DNA from: Thiotrichales bacterium
GTDB taxonomy: Bacteria > Pseudomonadota > Gammaproteobacteria > Francisellales > CACEW01
Length of the DNA: 64,000 nucleotides
Direction of reading: 5' to 3'
Assembly: GCA_947478175.1 (NCBI GenBank)
Contig: CANJUQ010000008.1
Location: 4,761 to 68,760 of the forward strand
Part shown: positions 1-9,530 of the stretch, in pieces
Layout: every line of letters begins with the position of its first letter
Position numbering within the stretch: position 1 is the stretch's first letter
The notes under the pieces: model-generated
The model's database searches: none
The model's input: the letters and a program-made list of their open reading frames with translations, nothing else
What the model was told of the DNA's origin: nothing
Translations under genes and position numbers: made by a program

Positions 1-1302
1 ATGACCAGTTTCTCTCATGGTTTTGATTACCATATCTAGGCTCACTAGATGTGTTCCATCGCCCAATAAAGCTAACTTGGCTGAATTAACCGCCTGAATA
101 GCCCCCATGGTATTTCTCTCAATGCAGGGAATTTGAACTAATCCGCCTATGGGGTCACAGGTCAACCCCAAATGATGCTCCATGCCAATCTCTGCGGCGT
201 TTTCTATTTGAGCGACGGTTCCGCCCCACAACGCTGCCAAACCCGCTGCTGCCATCGAACAGGCCACGCCCACTTCTCCCTGACACCCGACTTCAGCTGC
301 TGAAATCGACGCACCCTCTTTAAATAAAATTCCAACCGCTGCCGCTGTCAGCATAAAAATTTTCACTCGTTCGGGGGTCATTCCACCTGGTTCAAATTCA
401 TCAAAATATTTCATAACAGCCGGAATAATCCCTGCTGCGCCATTCGTTGGCGCTGTCACGACACGCCCGCCCGCTGCATTTTCTTCATTGACAGCAATCG
501 CAAACAAATTAATCCAGTTCATTTCATCTTTTTTAGGTGCGCAAGCTAATTTTAAAAAAAGCTGATGTGCCCGACGTTTAACTTTAAGCCCTCCTGGCAA
601 AATCCCATCCGTCTGACTGCCTTTTTTAATACAGGCTTCCATCACTTGCCAAATTTTGATCAAACCTTGTTCTATTTCTAATTCACTCCGCCACGTTTTT
701 TCATTGGCAAGCATGACGTCAGAAATATTTAGTTTTTTCTCAGAACAAATAGCTAATAAATCCTGAGCTGACTTAAAAAAATAAGGGATTTTATTAGTTT
801 GATTTTCTAAATTTTTATCTTTTAAAAACTCTTGATCCGTATCCGTAATGACAAAGCCACCCCCAATCGAATAATAAGTCTTAGTCGCTAAAATTTTCCC
901 CGCTGAATCTATCAAAGAAAAAATCAAGCCATTCGAATGCCTGTCTAAAGTTTTATCAGAATGAAAAATCAAATGGTCCTGAGTATTAAAATTTAAAAAA
1001 AACTTTTCCAGTAATTTTATTTTCCCCTGGGAAATAATTTCCCCCATCAACCTGGGCACCTGATCTGGATCAATACTCTGGGGCTCATAGCCAGATAAAC
1101 CCATCAAAACTGCCATGTCTGTCCCATGACCCTTGCCAGTCAAAGCCAAAGATCCAAATAATTCAGCTTTGATAAAAACAGCCTGAGAAATCAGATTTTC
1201 AAATTCAATACAAAATCTTCTCGCAGCTCGCATCGGCCCTACGGTGTGAGAACTCGATGGTCCAATCCCAATTGAAAACAAATCAAACACACTGACATTC
1301 AT
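1..1302 (-). CDS. sdaA: L-serine dehydratase, single-chain Fe-S type (3' end beyond left edge)
   Basis: Not in the ORF track because it is open to position 1. My reverse translation from the ATG at 1302 gives [30 protein letters not shown], the conserved N-terminus of L-serine ammonia-lyases. The frame stays open for about 434 codons. Confidence 0.88.
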   Translation of the reverse strand, partial: MNVSVFDLFSIGIGPSSSHTVGPMRAARRFCIEFENLISQAVFIKAELFGSLALTGKGHGTDMAVLMGLSGYEPQSIDPDQVPRLMGEIISQGKIKLLEKFFLNFNTQDHLIFHSDKTLDRHSNGLIFSLIDSAGKILATKTYYSIGGGFVITDTDQEFLKDKNLENQTNKIPYFFKSAQDLLAICSEKKLNISDVMLANEKTWRSELEIEQGLIKIWQVMEACIKKGSQTDGILPGGLKVKRRAHQLFLKLACAPKKDEMNWINLFAIAVNEENAAGGRVVTAPTNGAAGIIPAVMKYFDEFEPGGMTPERVKIFMLTAAAVGILFKEGASISAAEVGCQGEVGVACSMAAAGLAALWGGTVAQIENAAEIGMEHHLGLTCDPIGGLVQIPCIERNTMGAIQAVNSAKLALLGDGTHLVSLDMVIKTMRETGH

Positions 1303-1354
1303 GTCTTAGCTCAGTTCAAATAATTAAAAGAGGGCCTGAGAATAACAGACAGGA

Positions 1355-1855
1355 CTATTGTTTTTGAGTACTATTTTTTTGATATAAAACATCCATCAAA
1401 TCTCGAGCTCCCCCCGACTGCTTTGCTTCTGTTAAAAGCCCAGCGGCCACTGAAAACTCACCGACTTTCTGCGCTGATTCAATCGCTAAATAATAAGTCT
1501 GCGGCGTGAAATAATGGCCCTGCGCGAGTTTTTTAAATTTTCTCCAAGCTATCTCATGCTGACCCAATAACTGCGCATCAATGGCAGAGCGGAATAATTG
1601 ATCTCGTTTTTTATTTTTGAAATTTAACCAAGAATCTTTCCAGCCAAACGGCAAATAGATAATCCAGAAAAATAATTTCCAGACAAAATAAATCACCAAA
1701 ATTAAAATAATAATTCCAAAGCCAACTAGCCATAAAGGCGCTGCCAGAGTCTTCTGGCCTAGTTCTAGAACCAACACCCCTGGAATATTCGCAATCCCAA
1801 GGCCCAACAAAACAGCGATTAATAAAACCCCTAATAAAATTAAAGCCCGTTTCAT
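1355..1855 (-). CDS. hemY: HemY N-terminal-domain membrane protein (short, 166 aa)
   Basis: Last gene of the hemC-hemD-hemX-hemY string. It has two N-terminal TM helices followed by a short helical region. It overlaps the hemX stop by 4 nt. Confidence 0.6.
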   Translation of the reverse strand: MKRALILLGVLLIAVLLGLGIANIPGVLVLELGQKTLAAPLWLVGFGIIILILVIYFVWKLFFWIIYLPFGWKDSWLNFKNKKRDQLFRSAIDAQLLGQHEIAWRKFKKLAQGHYFTPQTYYLAIESAQKVGEFSVAAGLLTEAKQSGGARDLMDVLYQKNSTQKQ

Positions 1856-2856
1856 GACTGAGCTCCTGCCAAAGAATCTAAGACTCGTTCAACACTCATC
1901 CTGGCCAATTTTTCCTGGGCTACAGGCGGATAATTCTGGACGATCTCTAATAAACTTAACCACGCATCTCTTTGAGAATTTTCTTGAAAACTGACCGTTA
2001 CTCGAGCACTGGCCAGATTTAAAGCATTGCTAAACATGACCCATTGGCCAGTCATCAAAGCTATTTCTGCTGTTTTAAGATTTAATAAAACATCAGCTAC
2101 CGTCGCTTGCCTCGCACTGTCTGTGATTAAATTTTCTCCAACAGTCTGGTCATTCCTAATAATCACTAAAGATTGCACCCTGGCCCAACTTTCTTCCCAT
2201 GCAGATTTCCAAGCACTTTCTCCTGCAATAGGGTTTGGGCTCGTAGAAGGGACTGTTTTAAAATCTTTGGGATCAACAGGCATGACAAAAGAAAGCTCCT
2301 GCACCGTACTTTCTAGTTTTCCTAAAGAACCCAAAGTTTGTTTATCTACACCTGATTTTGAGGGAGCTACGGATAGATTACTTAAGGCACGGTCTAATAA
2401 ATTTACTTCAGCGGTCCGATGGGCTAACACCAGCTCATCACGGGCTTCATAGATAAATCTAATGGCCGAATCTAAATGCCCGCCCAGTGCTAATTCAGCC
2501 AAAGCGCAATGTAAATTAACTTTGGCCATATCTAACGGATTAACTGCTGAATGGGCTAATGCTGAATTCAATTGCTCAATCTGAGCCTGCATGACGGCTA
2601 AGCGATCGCGTATATCTGAATTTTGATTTGAATCCTGACCATCTGCCACCGTCGATAAAGAGCCTGACATCGCTTCACTCGATTTTGGAAATAATCCTGA
2701 AAATAATTGAGGAAGCTCTTTTTGCTGATAAAAAATCCAAGCGGATCCCAGCACTCCCAATAGAGCCACCACCGAAAGAATCAAAGCCAACAAAGATAAT
2801 TTAACGGCAAACCATTCTTTACTGCCCAGCTTTCTTTTTGGATTTACATTTTCCAT
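1852..2856 (-). CDS. hemX: HemX-family membrane protein
   Basis: Lies between hemD and hemY. It has a single N-terminal TM helix (FAVKLSLLALILSVVALLGVLG) followed by a long helical periplasmic region, as in HemX. Confidence 0.6.
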   Translation of the reverse strand: MENVNPKRKLGSKEWFAVKLSLLALILSVVALLGVLGSAWIFYQQKELPQLFSGLFPKSSEAMSGSLSTVADGQDSNQNSDIRDRLAVMQAQIEQLNSALAHSAVNPLDMAKVNLHCALAELALGGHLDSAIRFIYEARDELVLAHRTAEVNLLDRALSNLSVAPSKSGVDKQTLGSLGKLESTVQELSFVMPVDPKDFKTVPSTSPNPIAGESAWKSAWEESWARVQSLVIIRNDQTVGENLITDSARQATVADVLLNLKTAEIALMTGQWVMFSNALNLASARVTVSFQENSQRDAWLSLLEIVQNYPPVAQEKLARMSVERVLDSLAGAQS

Positions 2857-2860
2857 TTTA

Positions 2861-3619
2861 TTATTTCCTCAAAAATTCATTTAATTTATCAACGATACAA
2901 ACGTTACTTAGACTTTTCAGCAGAAGAATTCGAGTTACGCCTTTAGATTTCAAAAATTTAGAAGTTCGTTCACTGCTTGATGTCACTGCCACCCTTTGAG
3001 ACCAAGCTTGCTCACCCCAGAGTTCAAATAAACATTGTGCCATTTCAAAACTCGTTAGCACCACTAGATCAACCGGTTTATCTAACCCTTCTGACAAGGC
3101 GGCCCATAATAGCTGGCGGTTAGAAAGCAAACATTCACGAGCATAGGTTTCTATATTTTTAACTTTAGCGCCTAAATTTTTGAGCCCTTCTTGAAGCAAA
3201 TTATTCCCCTCACCGCCCCTAATAATAAAAAAATTACTAGGTCGCTCTTTGAGAATTAATGGCTCCATTAATTTTAATAACTCTACAGAATTGGCTGAAT
3301 CCTCTGGATATCTAACAGGCGGACTGCCAGCGTCTAATAATATTTTCGCCGTCCCCTCTCCAATGGCATACAAATGCTCCGTCGGGAAAATTAAATTATC
3401 CAAACACAGCGCTAAATAGCTTTTGACCGATTGAGGCGAGATAAAAACCAAAAAATCTTCGGGTTTAATTTTTAATAAATCTTGCTTTACCTGATTTAAA
3501 TTTTGGGGCGGCACAAATTGCATGACAGACACCGCCTGCGCTTCAAAGCCTTCAGTACTTAAAAGATTAACCAGATTTTCAGCACGTTCTTGCGGGGTGA
3601 CGACTAGGATTTTTTTCAC
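2861..3619 (-). CDS. hemD: uroporphyrinogen-III synthase
   Basis: 252 aa, with a 4-nt overlap with the hemC stop. The two-lobed HemD-like sequence and the synteny both fit. Confidence 0.8.
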   Translation of the reverse strand: MKKILVVTPQERAENLVNLLSTEGFEAQAVSVMQFVPPQNLNQVKQDLLKIKPEDFLVFISPQSVKSYLALCLDNLIFPTEHLYAIGEGTAKILLDAGSPPVRYPEDSANSVELLKLMEPLILKERPSNFFIIRGGEGNNLLQEGLKNLGAKVKNIETYARECLLSNRQLLWAALSEGLDKPVDLVVLTSFEMAQCLFELWGEQAWSQRVAVTSSSERTSKFLKSKGVTRILLLKSLSNVCIVDKLNEFLRK

Positions 3620-4524
3620 AAAAACGCTCCAGCTCCCTGGGCTAATAACTTATCAGCCACTTCAATCCCTAGAGATTCAGGATCTTCGTTAGATCCTTCA
3701 GCTCTAAAAATCTTCAGCCCATCGGGATGCGCCACTGCGCCTCTCAAATAAAATTCTCGACCCTGAAACTCTGCCAAAGCCCCAATCGGCGAATAACAGG
3801 AACCATTTAAAACTCTACACAACGCTCTTTCAGCCATGACCAAGGCATAACTTAAATCATGATTCAAAGGCTGCAATAGATCTTTTAAAAACTGATTTCC
3901 CGACAAGATTTCTATGCCTATGGCTCCCTGCCCTGCAGCGCTGAGCATTTGCTCTGGCTGAAAGAAATGCTGAATTCTTGACTCCAACCCTAATCTTCTT
4001 AAACCACTCGCGGCCAAAATAATTCCATCAAACTTTCCAGCATCCACCTGAGTTAATCTAGTTTGTAAATTCCCCCGACAAGACAAAATTTTTAAATCTG
4101 GTCGTAAAAATTTTAACTGGGCTTGTCGACGTAAACTGGATGTTCCAATGGACGCTCCAATGGGCAAAGACTCAAACGTCGGATATTTCAGACTCACCCA
4201 AGCATCTAAGGGATTTTCTCTGGGCAAAACAGCGGCAATCTCAAAAGCATCCTCTAAAACAACCGGCACATCTTTCATTGAATGAACCGCTAAATCAGCC
4301 TGCCCTTCTAACAAAGCCAACTCTAAATTTTTAACAAATAACGCCTTACCGCCGACTTCTCGCAGCGGCCGATCTTGGATTTGATCCCCCTGAGTCGTCA
4401 TGGGGATTAAACTAATTTCTAGCTCAGGATAAAAATGCTTTAAATATTTTGCGACAGCCCGGGCTTGCCAAAGCGCCAAGGCACTTTCTCGAGTTGCAAT
4501 TTTGAGGGTATGCACAGCGCTCAT
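3616..4524 (-). CDS. hemC: hydroxymethylbilane synthase (porphobilinogen deaminase)
   Basis: The translation has LKIATRESALALWQA, GDQIQDRPL and GSCYSPIGA motifs. I place the start at the internal ATG at 4524, which forms an ATGA overlap with the upstream esterase stop. The track ORF extends to 4596. Confidence 0.93.
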   Translation of the reverse strand: MSAVHTLKIATRESALALWQARAVAKYLKHFYPELEISLIPMTTQGDQIQDRPLREVGGKALFVKNLELALLEGQADLAVHSMKDVPVVLEDAFEIAAVLPRENPLDAWVSLKYPTFESLPIGASIGTSSLRRQAQLKFLRPDLKILSCRGNLQTRLTQVDAGKFDGIILAASGLRRLGLESRIQHFFQPEQMLSAAGQGAIGIEILSGNQFLKDLLQPLNHDLSYALVMAERALCRVLNGSCYSPIGALAEFQGREFYLRGAVAHPDGLKIFRAEGSNEDPESLGIEVADKLLAQGAGAFL

Positions 4525-5171
4525 AATCCCAACCACCCACGAATATCCGCTAATTCCTGAGGACAGACAGAATGCGCCATGGGGTAATCTTTCCAATCAA
4601 CTAAGTAACCCCAGTTTTTTAACTTTTCACAAGAATTTTTACCTAAAAATATGGGCAGCAAATCATCTTGATCCCCATGGCAAAATAAGATTTTTGTTTT
4701 CAAACTGGCTTCTGATTTATTTTTTTCAAATTTTTCAGCAATGGGTAAATAAGTCGACAAAGCTATGATGCCCCCCAAAGTCTTCTCAAAAGTTAAACCC
4801 GCAAATAATGCAATGGCCCCGCCTTGGGAAAAGCCAATTAAATAAATATTTTCAGGCAAGATTCCTAATTTAATTTCTTGCCGAATTAAATCTTGAATGG
4901 ATTCAGAGGATTCGATTACACCTCTTTCATCCTGACGCTGATCCAAAGACAAATTAGAAATGTCATACCAGCCCCGCATCACCAGACCATTATTAATACT
5001 AATCGGTCGGCGCTTGGCATGGGGAAAAATAAATTTAGTGTTTAAAAACCTAAAACTCGGAACTACAGGCGCGAAATCATGACCATCGGCACCAAGGCCA
5101 TGCAGCCAGATAATGGTCGATTGATGGGTTTCTTTGGGGTTAATAATCACTGGGGGCGTCTGAAGATCCAT
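4521..5171 (-). CDS. phospholipase/carboxylesterase family alpha/beta hydrolase
   Basis: 216 aa with a GFSQGG nucleophile elbow and C-terminal D and H residues. Size and layout match the esterase II / acyl-thioesterase family. Confidence 0.85.
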   Translation of the reverse strand: MDLQTPPVIINPKETHQSTIIWLHGLGADGHDFAPVVPSFRFLNTKFIFPHAKRRPISINNGLVMRGWYDISNLSLDQRQDERGVIESSESIQDLIRQEIKLGILPENIYLIGFSQGGAIALFAGLTFEKTLGGIIALSTYLPIAEKFEKNKSEASLKTKILFCHGDQDDLLPIFLGKNSCEKLKNWGYLVDWKDYPMAHSVCPQELADIRGWLGL

Positions 5172-5280
5172 GGAATATCCGCTTAATTAAAGTTGAGTAA
5201 AACTAGAAGCGGCGGATTATCTAATGTTTAAACTTTAGAACCAACTCTTTTATTGAAACTAAATTTTTTGATTTTTTTGA

Positions 5281-5313
5281 TTGAATAATATGTCTATTAG
5301 ACATATTATTCAA
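5281..5313. promoter_or_regulatory. perfect 14-bp inverted repeat, probable higBA operator
   Basis: TTGAATAATATGTC-tatta-GACATATTATTCAA, 40 nt upstream of the higB ATG. Confidence 0.5.
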
Positions 5314-5352
5314 TCTGTCTTTGATACTAATACCCTCAGGGGTTTTAAATTC

Positions 5353-5661
5353 ATGCGAATAGTTTCCAAGAAAAGATTACGTGATTATTGGGTTAATAAT
5401 GCACAAGCAGAACTTCCTTTAATCGAGTGGTACTACAAAATGAAAGCTTCTACATCACGCAATTTAACAGAGCTACGCCAATGTTTTAATAGCACTGATG
5501 CTGTTCACGAATACACCGTGTTTAACATTGGTGGAAATAAGTTTCGTTTAATTACAGCCATTCATTACAAAACTGGCTGTTGTTTTATTCGGACAATTTG
5601 GACACACGCGGAATACAGCAAAAAATCTAATCAAGAAAAACTAAAAAGAGGTGAGCTATGA
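5353..5661 (+). CDS. higB: type II toxin HigB (RelE superfamily mRNA interferase)
   Basis: MRIVSKKRLRDYW...TVFNIGGNKFRLITAIHYKTGCCFIRTIWTHAEY parallels E. coli HigB (YVFNVGGNELRVV...CYIREVMTHKEY). The start is taken at the internal ATG. It has an ATGA overlap with the next gene. Confidence 0.85.
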   Translation: MRIVSKKRLRDYWVNNAQAELPLIEWYYKMKASTSRNLTELRQCFNSTDAVHEYTVFNIGGNKFRLITAIHYKTGCCFIRTIWTHAEYSKKSNQEKLKRGEL

Positions 5662-6104
5662 ATGCATTAGCAATTGATTATTCCAACAGCAAAAACAATC
5701 ACTCCATGCATCTTCCTATTACTGTGTTTAAAAAACCCACCAACTCCAAAGAGTATGCCAAGCTTCAAAAAGTCCTGGATTCACTTATTGACGAAGTCCG
5801 AGGGGATGAGAAACATCCTTTAGCATTGGTCATGCAAATTATTGGTGAAAACCTGGAGCAATATGATGACGAACATCACCCACCCATAGGATCGGGTATT
5901 AGCGATGTTGATTTGATTAAACATCTGATGACCTCCTCAGGACTACGCCAAAAAGATTTGACTGATATTTTTGGGAGCCAAGGTAATGTTTCTAAATTTC
6001 TTAATGGCCAACGCCCCCTCAGTAAGAAACAAATATTGGGGCTAAAAAATTTCTTTAAGATTAGCGCCGACTTTTTTGTGGATAGTTTCAGCTTAACTGC
6101 CTGA
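5658..6104 (+). CDS. higA: HigA-type HTH antitoxin
   Basis: Translationally coupled to higB. It has a C-terminal HTH-like segment (QKDLTDIFGSQGNVSKFLNGQRPLSKKQ). Confidence 0.75.
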   Translation: MNALAIDYSNSKNNHSMHLPITVFKKPTNSKEYAKLQKVLDSLIDEVRGDEKHPLALVMQIIGENLEQYDDEHHPPIGSGISDVDLIKHLMTSSGLRQKDLTDIFGSQGNVSKFLNGQRPLSKKQILGLKNFFKISADFFVDSFSLTA

Positions 6105-6400
6105 TTTTTTCGCTAGTTCTGCAAATTCTTCTACCAAATGGGTTTTACTGACTTGGCGTGCCCCACGGATAATCAATGGCTTTCGGTCACGAGAAACAGA
6201 CCATTTTTGAAGAAATTCCAGGAGCTTTCTTTTCATATTCAATCCAGATTTGGCCAAAACAGCCGTCTATTTCAACCATTAATTGGCTAAAAATAGGACA
6301 CTATGCACGCCGAATACAAAATTCGCCCACACCCTTCCATTCATGGATAATCCCGCCTTTTTTAATCGCTCTTTTAAATAAATTTTTGGAAAGATTCCCC

Positions 6401-9139
6401 ATGACTGACATAACTAATAAGCCCTTAATCTTGATCGACGGATCGTCTTATCTATTTCGCGCTTTCTATGCTCTGCCTAATTTAACCAACGCTACAGGCC
6501 AGCCCACGGGCGCTATTTTGGGCGTGATTAATATGCTCAAAAGTTTATTAACCCAATATGACCCCGAATACATCGCCGTTGTATTTGATACCAAGGGCCC
6601 TAATTTCAGACATCGGCTTTATCCAGACTACAAAGCCAATAGATCCGCAATGCCTGAAGATCTTGCAAGTCAGATAGAACCTATTTTTGAATTTATCGAT
6701 GCCCTAGGTTTGGTTTTAATTAAACAAATGGGTATTGAGGCTGATGATCTCATCGCGACTTTGGCTCATACCGATTTTGCTGAGCATCATGAAATCTTGA
6801 TAGCCACGGGCGATAAAGATTTAGCCCAGCTGGTTAATTCAAAAATATCTTTGATAGACACCATGAAAAACGTCCGACTAGATATCCCTGGCGTCAAAGA
6901 AAAATTCGGCGTCACACCCGAGCAAATCATTGATTACTTAGCCTTGATGGGCGACACCTCCGATAATATTCCTGGTATTCCCGGCGTAGGACCCAAGACA
7001 GCCATCAAATGGATTTCAGAATATTCATCTTTAGATTTGATTATTCAGAACGCGGACAAGATCTCCGGCAAAGTCGGTGAGAATCTCAGAGCTAATCTTT
7101 CCCAGCTAGAACTCGCAAGAAAACTAGTGACCGTCGATTCTCATGTACCTCTAGAATTTGCTGGGGAAAATTTTACCTGGGAAAAATTGCTTAAAAGACC
7201 TGAAGATCAAAATAAATTAGTGACCCTGTGTGAAAAATATGGGTTTAAAACCTGGTTAAAAAATTTAGGGCATGAACCCGGGCGAACACAAGGTTCGCCC
7301 CTACAGGACAATATTCCGGCAAATAATTCAGGCCTCTATGAAACCATTTTGACGCTGGACCAATGGAACCATTGGCAAGAAAAAATTAGCCAATCTACAG
7401 CTCTAGCGATTGATACGGAGACCACCGGACTAGATCCCTTAGAAGATCGCCTCGTCGGCGTATCTTTTTGTGTAGAACCTCACAAAGCTGCCTATTTACC
7501 CCTAGGTCATGATTTACTCGAAGCACCTGACCAACTTTCCATAGATCAAATTCTCCCAGGCTTAAAAAAAATATGCGAAAACCCAAAGCTAGAAAAAATT
7601 GGGCACCATTTAAAATTTGACTGGCAAGTGCTAGCCCAACACGGGATTATTTTTCAGGACCCTTTATTTGATAGCCTGTTAGCGTCCTATGTTTTAGAAG
7701 CTGGCCAAACAAGACATAACTTAGAAACTCTGGCCTTACGCCATCTCAACTTAAAAACAATTTCTTATGAAAGCATCACTGGCAAAGGCGTCAAACAGTT
7801 AACTTTCAATCAAGTCCCCCTAGATCAAGCGACCCAATATTCTGCTGAAGATGCCGATATTACTTTTCAGCTCTATCAAAAATTTAAAAAAACTTTGCAT
7901 GAAAATCCCACGCTCGAAAAATTATTTCGCGAAGAAGAACTTCCTATGCTCAAAGTTTTGGCCCGTATGGAATTACATGGGGTTTTATTAGATGTCCCAG
8001 CTTTACAAAAACAATCTCAAGCACTGGGAAAAACTATTTTAGAAATCGAAAACAATGTCCAAGCTCAACTGGGCATGCATTTTAATCTCAGCTCACCCAA
8101 ACAATTACAGACGGTCTTATTTGAAAAACTTCAGCTTAAACCCGTCAAAAAAACAGCAACAGGTCAGGCATCGACTGACGAAGAAGTTTTGCAAATCTTG
8201 GCTGAGCAACATGAGATTCCAAAATTATTATTAGAACATCGTCATCTTTCTAAACTCAAGACAACTTATACAGATAAGCTCCCACTCATGGTCAACCCCA
8301 AAACCAACCGGGTTCACACGCGATATCATCAAGCCTTCGTTGTCACAGGAAGATTGTCTTCGTCGGATCCCAACTTACAAAATATCCCTATTAAATCCCC
8401 ACAAGGCCGTCAAATTCGCCAAGCGTTTATTGCCCCACCGGGCTCTGTGATTTTGTCTGCAGATTATTCTCAAATAGAACTGCGCATCATGGCCCATTTG
8501 TCTCAAGACCTCAGACTGATTCAAGCCTTTAAAAATGGTGAAGATATTCATCAAGCCACCGCAGCTGAAGTCTTTGGCGTGGAAAATCCCTCTGATGTCA
8601 CTTCTGAACAAAGACGCCGCGCTAAAGCCGTTAATTTTGGATTGATCTATGGCATGAGTGCCTTTGGCTTAGCTAAGCAATTAGGCATCGAAAGATCTCT
8701 CGCTCAACATTACATTGAAACTTATTTTGCAAGATACCCAGGGGTAAAAAAATACATGGAAGAAACCCGAGAACAAGCAAAATCTTTGGGCTATGTCGAA
8801 ACGATTTGGGGCAGAAGATTAGCCTTGCCAGACATCCATTCTAAAAACGCTGTCATGCGACAAGGGGCTGAACGAGCCGCTATCAATGCCCCCATGCAAG
8901 GCTCAGCGGCTGATATTATTAAACGCGCCATGATTCAAATAGATCAAGTCATTGAGACCCAAAAACTTCCCATGGCCATGACATTACAAGTGCACGATGA
9001 ATTAGTTTTTGAGGTTCAAGAACAATCGATTCAACCCATGACCGCATTAATTCGCCACCTTATGACATCGTCCTCATTACTCTCCGTTCCACTCGAAATC
9101 AGTATCAATACGGGGGCCCATTGGGATGAAGCTCATTAA
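6401..9139 (+). CDS. polA: DNA polymerase I
   Basis: Contains a 5' nuclease domain (LILIDGSSYLFRAFYA), a 3'-5' exonuclease domain (DTETTGLD) and polymerase motifs (DYSQIELR, QVHDEL). Start chosen at ATG 6401. The track ORF begins at 6176. Confidence 0.95.
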   Translation: MTDITNKPLILIDGSSYLFRAFYALPNLTNATGQPTGAILGVINMLKSLLTQYDPEYIAVVFDTKGPNFRHRLYPDYKANRSAMPEDLASQIEPIFEFIDALGLVLIKQMGIEADDLIATLAHTDFAEHHEILIATGDKDLAQLVNSKISLIDTMKNVRLDIPGVKEKFGVTPEQIIDYLALMGDTSDNIPGIPGVGPKTAIKWISEYSSLDLIIQNADKISGKVGENLRANLSQLELARKLVTVDSHVPLEFAGENFTWEKLLKRPEDQNKLVTLCEKYGFKTWLKNLGHEPGRTQGSPLQDNIPANNSGLYETILTLDQWNHWQEKISQSTALAIDTETTGLDPLEDRLVGVSFCVEPHKAAYLPLGHDLLEAPDQLSIDQILPGLKKICENPKLEKIGHHLKFDWQVLAQHGIIFQDPLFDSLLASYVLEAGQTRHNLETLALRHLNLKTISYESITGKGVKQLTFNQVPLDQATQYSAEDADITFQLYQKFKKTLHENPTLEKLFREEELPMLKVLARMELHGVLLDVPALQKQSQALGKTILEIENNVQAQLGMHFNLSSPKQLQTVLFEKLQLKPVKKTATGQASTDEEVLQILAEQHEIPKLLLEHRHLSKLKTTYTDKLPLMVNPKTNRVHTRYHQAFVVTGRLSSSDPNLQNIPIKSPQGRQIRQAFIAPPGSVILSADYSQIELRIMAHLSQDLRLIQAFKNGEDIHQATAAEVFGVENPSDVTSEQRRRAKAVNFGLIYGMSAFGLAKQLGIERSLAQHYIETYFARYPGVKKYMEETREQAKSLGYVETIWGRRLALPDIHSKNAVMRQGAERAAINAPMQGSAADIIKRAMIQIDQVIETQKLPMAMTLQVHDELVFEVQEQSIQPMTALIRHLMTSSSLLSVPLEISINTGAHWDEAH
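7280..7307 (+). repeat. REP-like hairpin (family A) inside polA
   Basis: GGGCGAAC-acaag-GTTCGCCC-CTACAGG. Translated in frame as GRTQGSPLQ. Confidence 0.75.
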
Positions 9140-9423
9140 GCATCACATTAAAAACATCAGCTGGAATCCTATAAAACTGTTGATAACTCTGGTGAGAAAG
9201 TCTCGCTTAGTTTGCAATTTTTCGGCCTGTCAAGACCCCGCATTGTTCTTTCTGTTTTATTATTCACAAAATCAAAAATTGATTAAGCCTATTTTCTGTG
9301 TCTATAAAAAAATGGAAAAAATACATAACCAATTGATTATAAAAATAAATAATCTAAAAATAATTCTTTTATTAAGTTTAATTAACCCTAATGCTCCCGC
9401 TTGAAATTTTTTAACCAACAGAT

Positions 9424-9483
9424 TTATCCACAGAATTTAAATTTTTCTCTCTTTTAAAAAAATAAAAAATATTCTGTGGATAA
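9424..9483. promoter_or_regulatory. two perfect DnaA-box 9-mers in inverted orientation flanking an AT-rich spacer
   Basis: TTATCCACA at 9424-9432 and TGTGGATAA at 9475-9483. They form part of a 13-bp inverted repeat (TTATCCACAGAAT / ATTCTGTGGATAA), 48 nt upstream of priA. Confidence 0.45.
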
Positions 9484-9530
9484 CCCTGTGAAGAATCTGT
9501 TGCTCTTAGCCCATTCTGGAAACATAACAC

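Noticed and set aside
2027-2452. 141-aa ORF on the + strand
   Set aside because: It lies entirely antisense within hemX, which has operon context and translational coupling. The ORF has no RBS and a low-complexity composition.
6176-6400. N-terminal extensions given by the ORF track (polA from 6176, hemC to 4596, hemW from 29051, omp from 27294, mutT to 60384, nadM to 32089, membrane protein to 38926, among others)
   Set aside because: Most of the extensions checked begin at a non-ATG (TTG) codon. They run through spacers or repeat elements. Alignment to the expected family N-termini plus RBS positions supports the internal ATGs I used.
9126-9404. 92-aa ORF overlapping the polA stop and the AT-rich spacer
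   Set aside because: The Ile/Leu/Lys/Asn-rich translation is typical of AT-rich non-coding DNA, and there is no RBS. I treat the region as regulatory spacer.
9260-9495. Calling this region the chromosomal origin oriC
   Set aside because: There are only two perfect and two near-consensus DnaA boxes. I saw no recognisable 13-mer DUE array, there is no dnaA/gidA/rpmH context, and no strand-bias switch is visible in the window. It is kept as a finding but not annotated as oriC.
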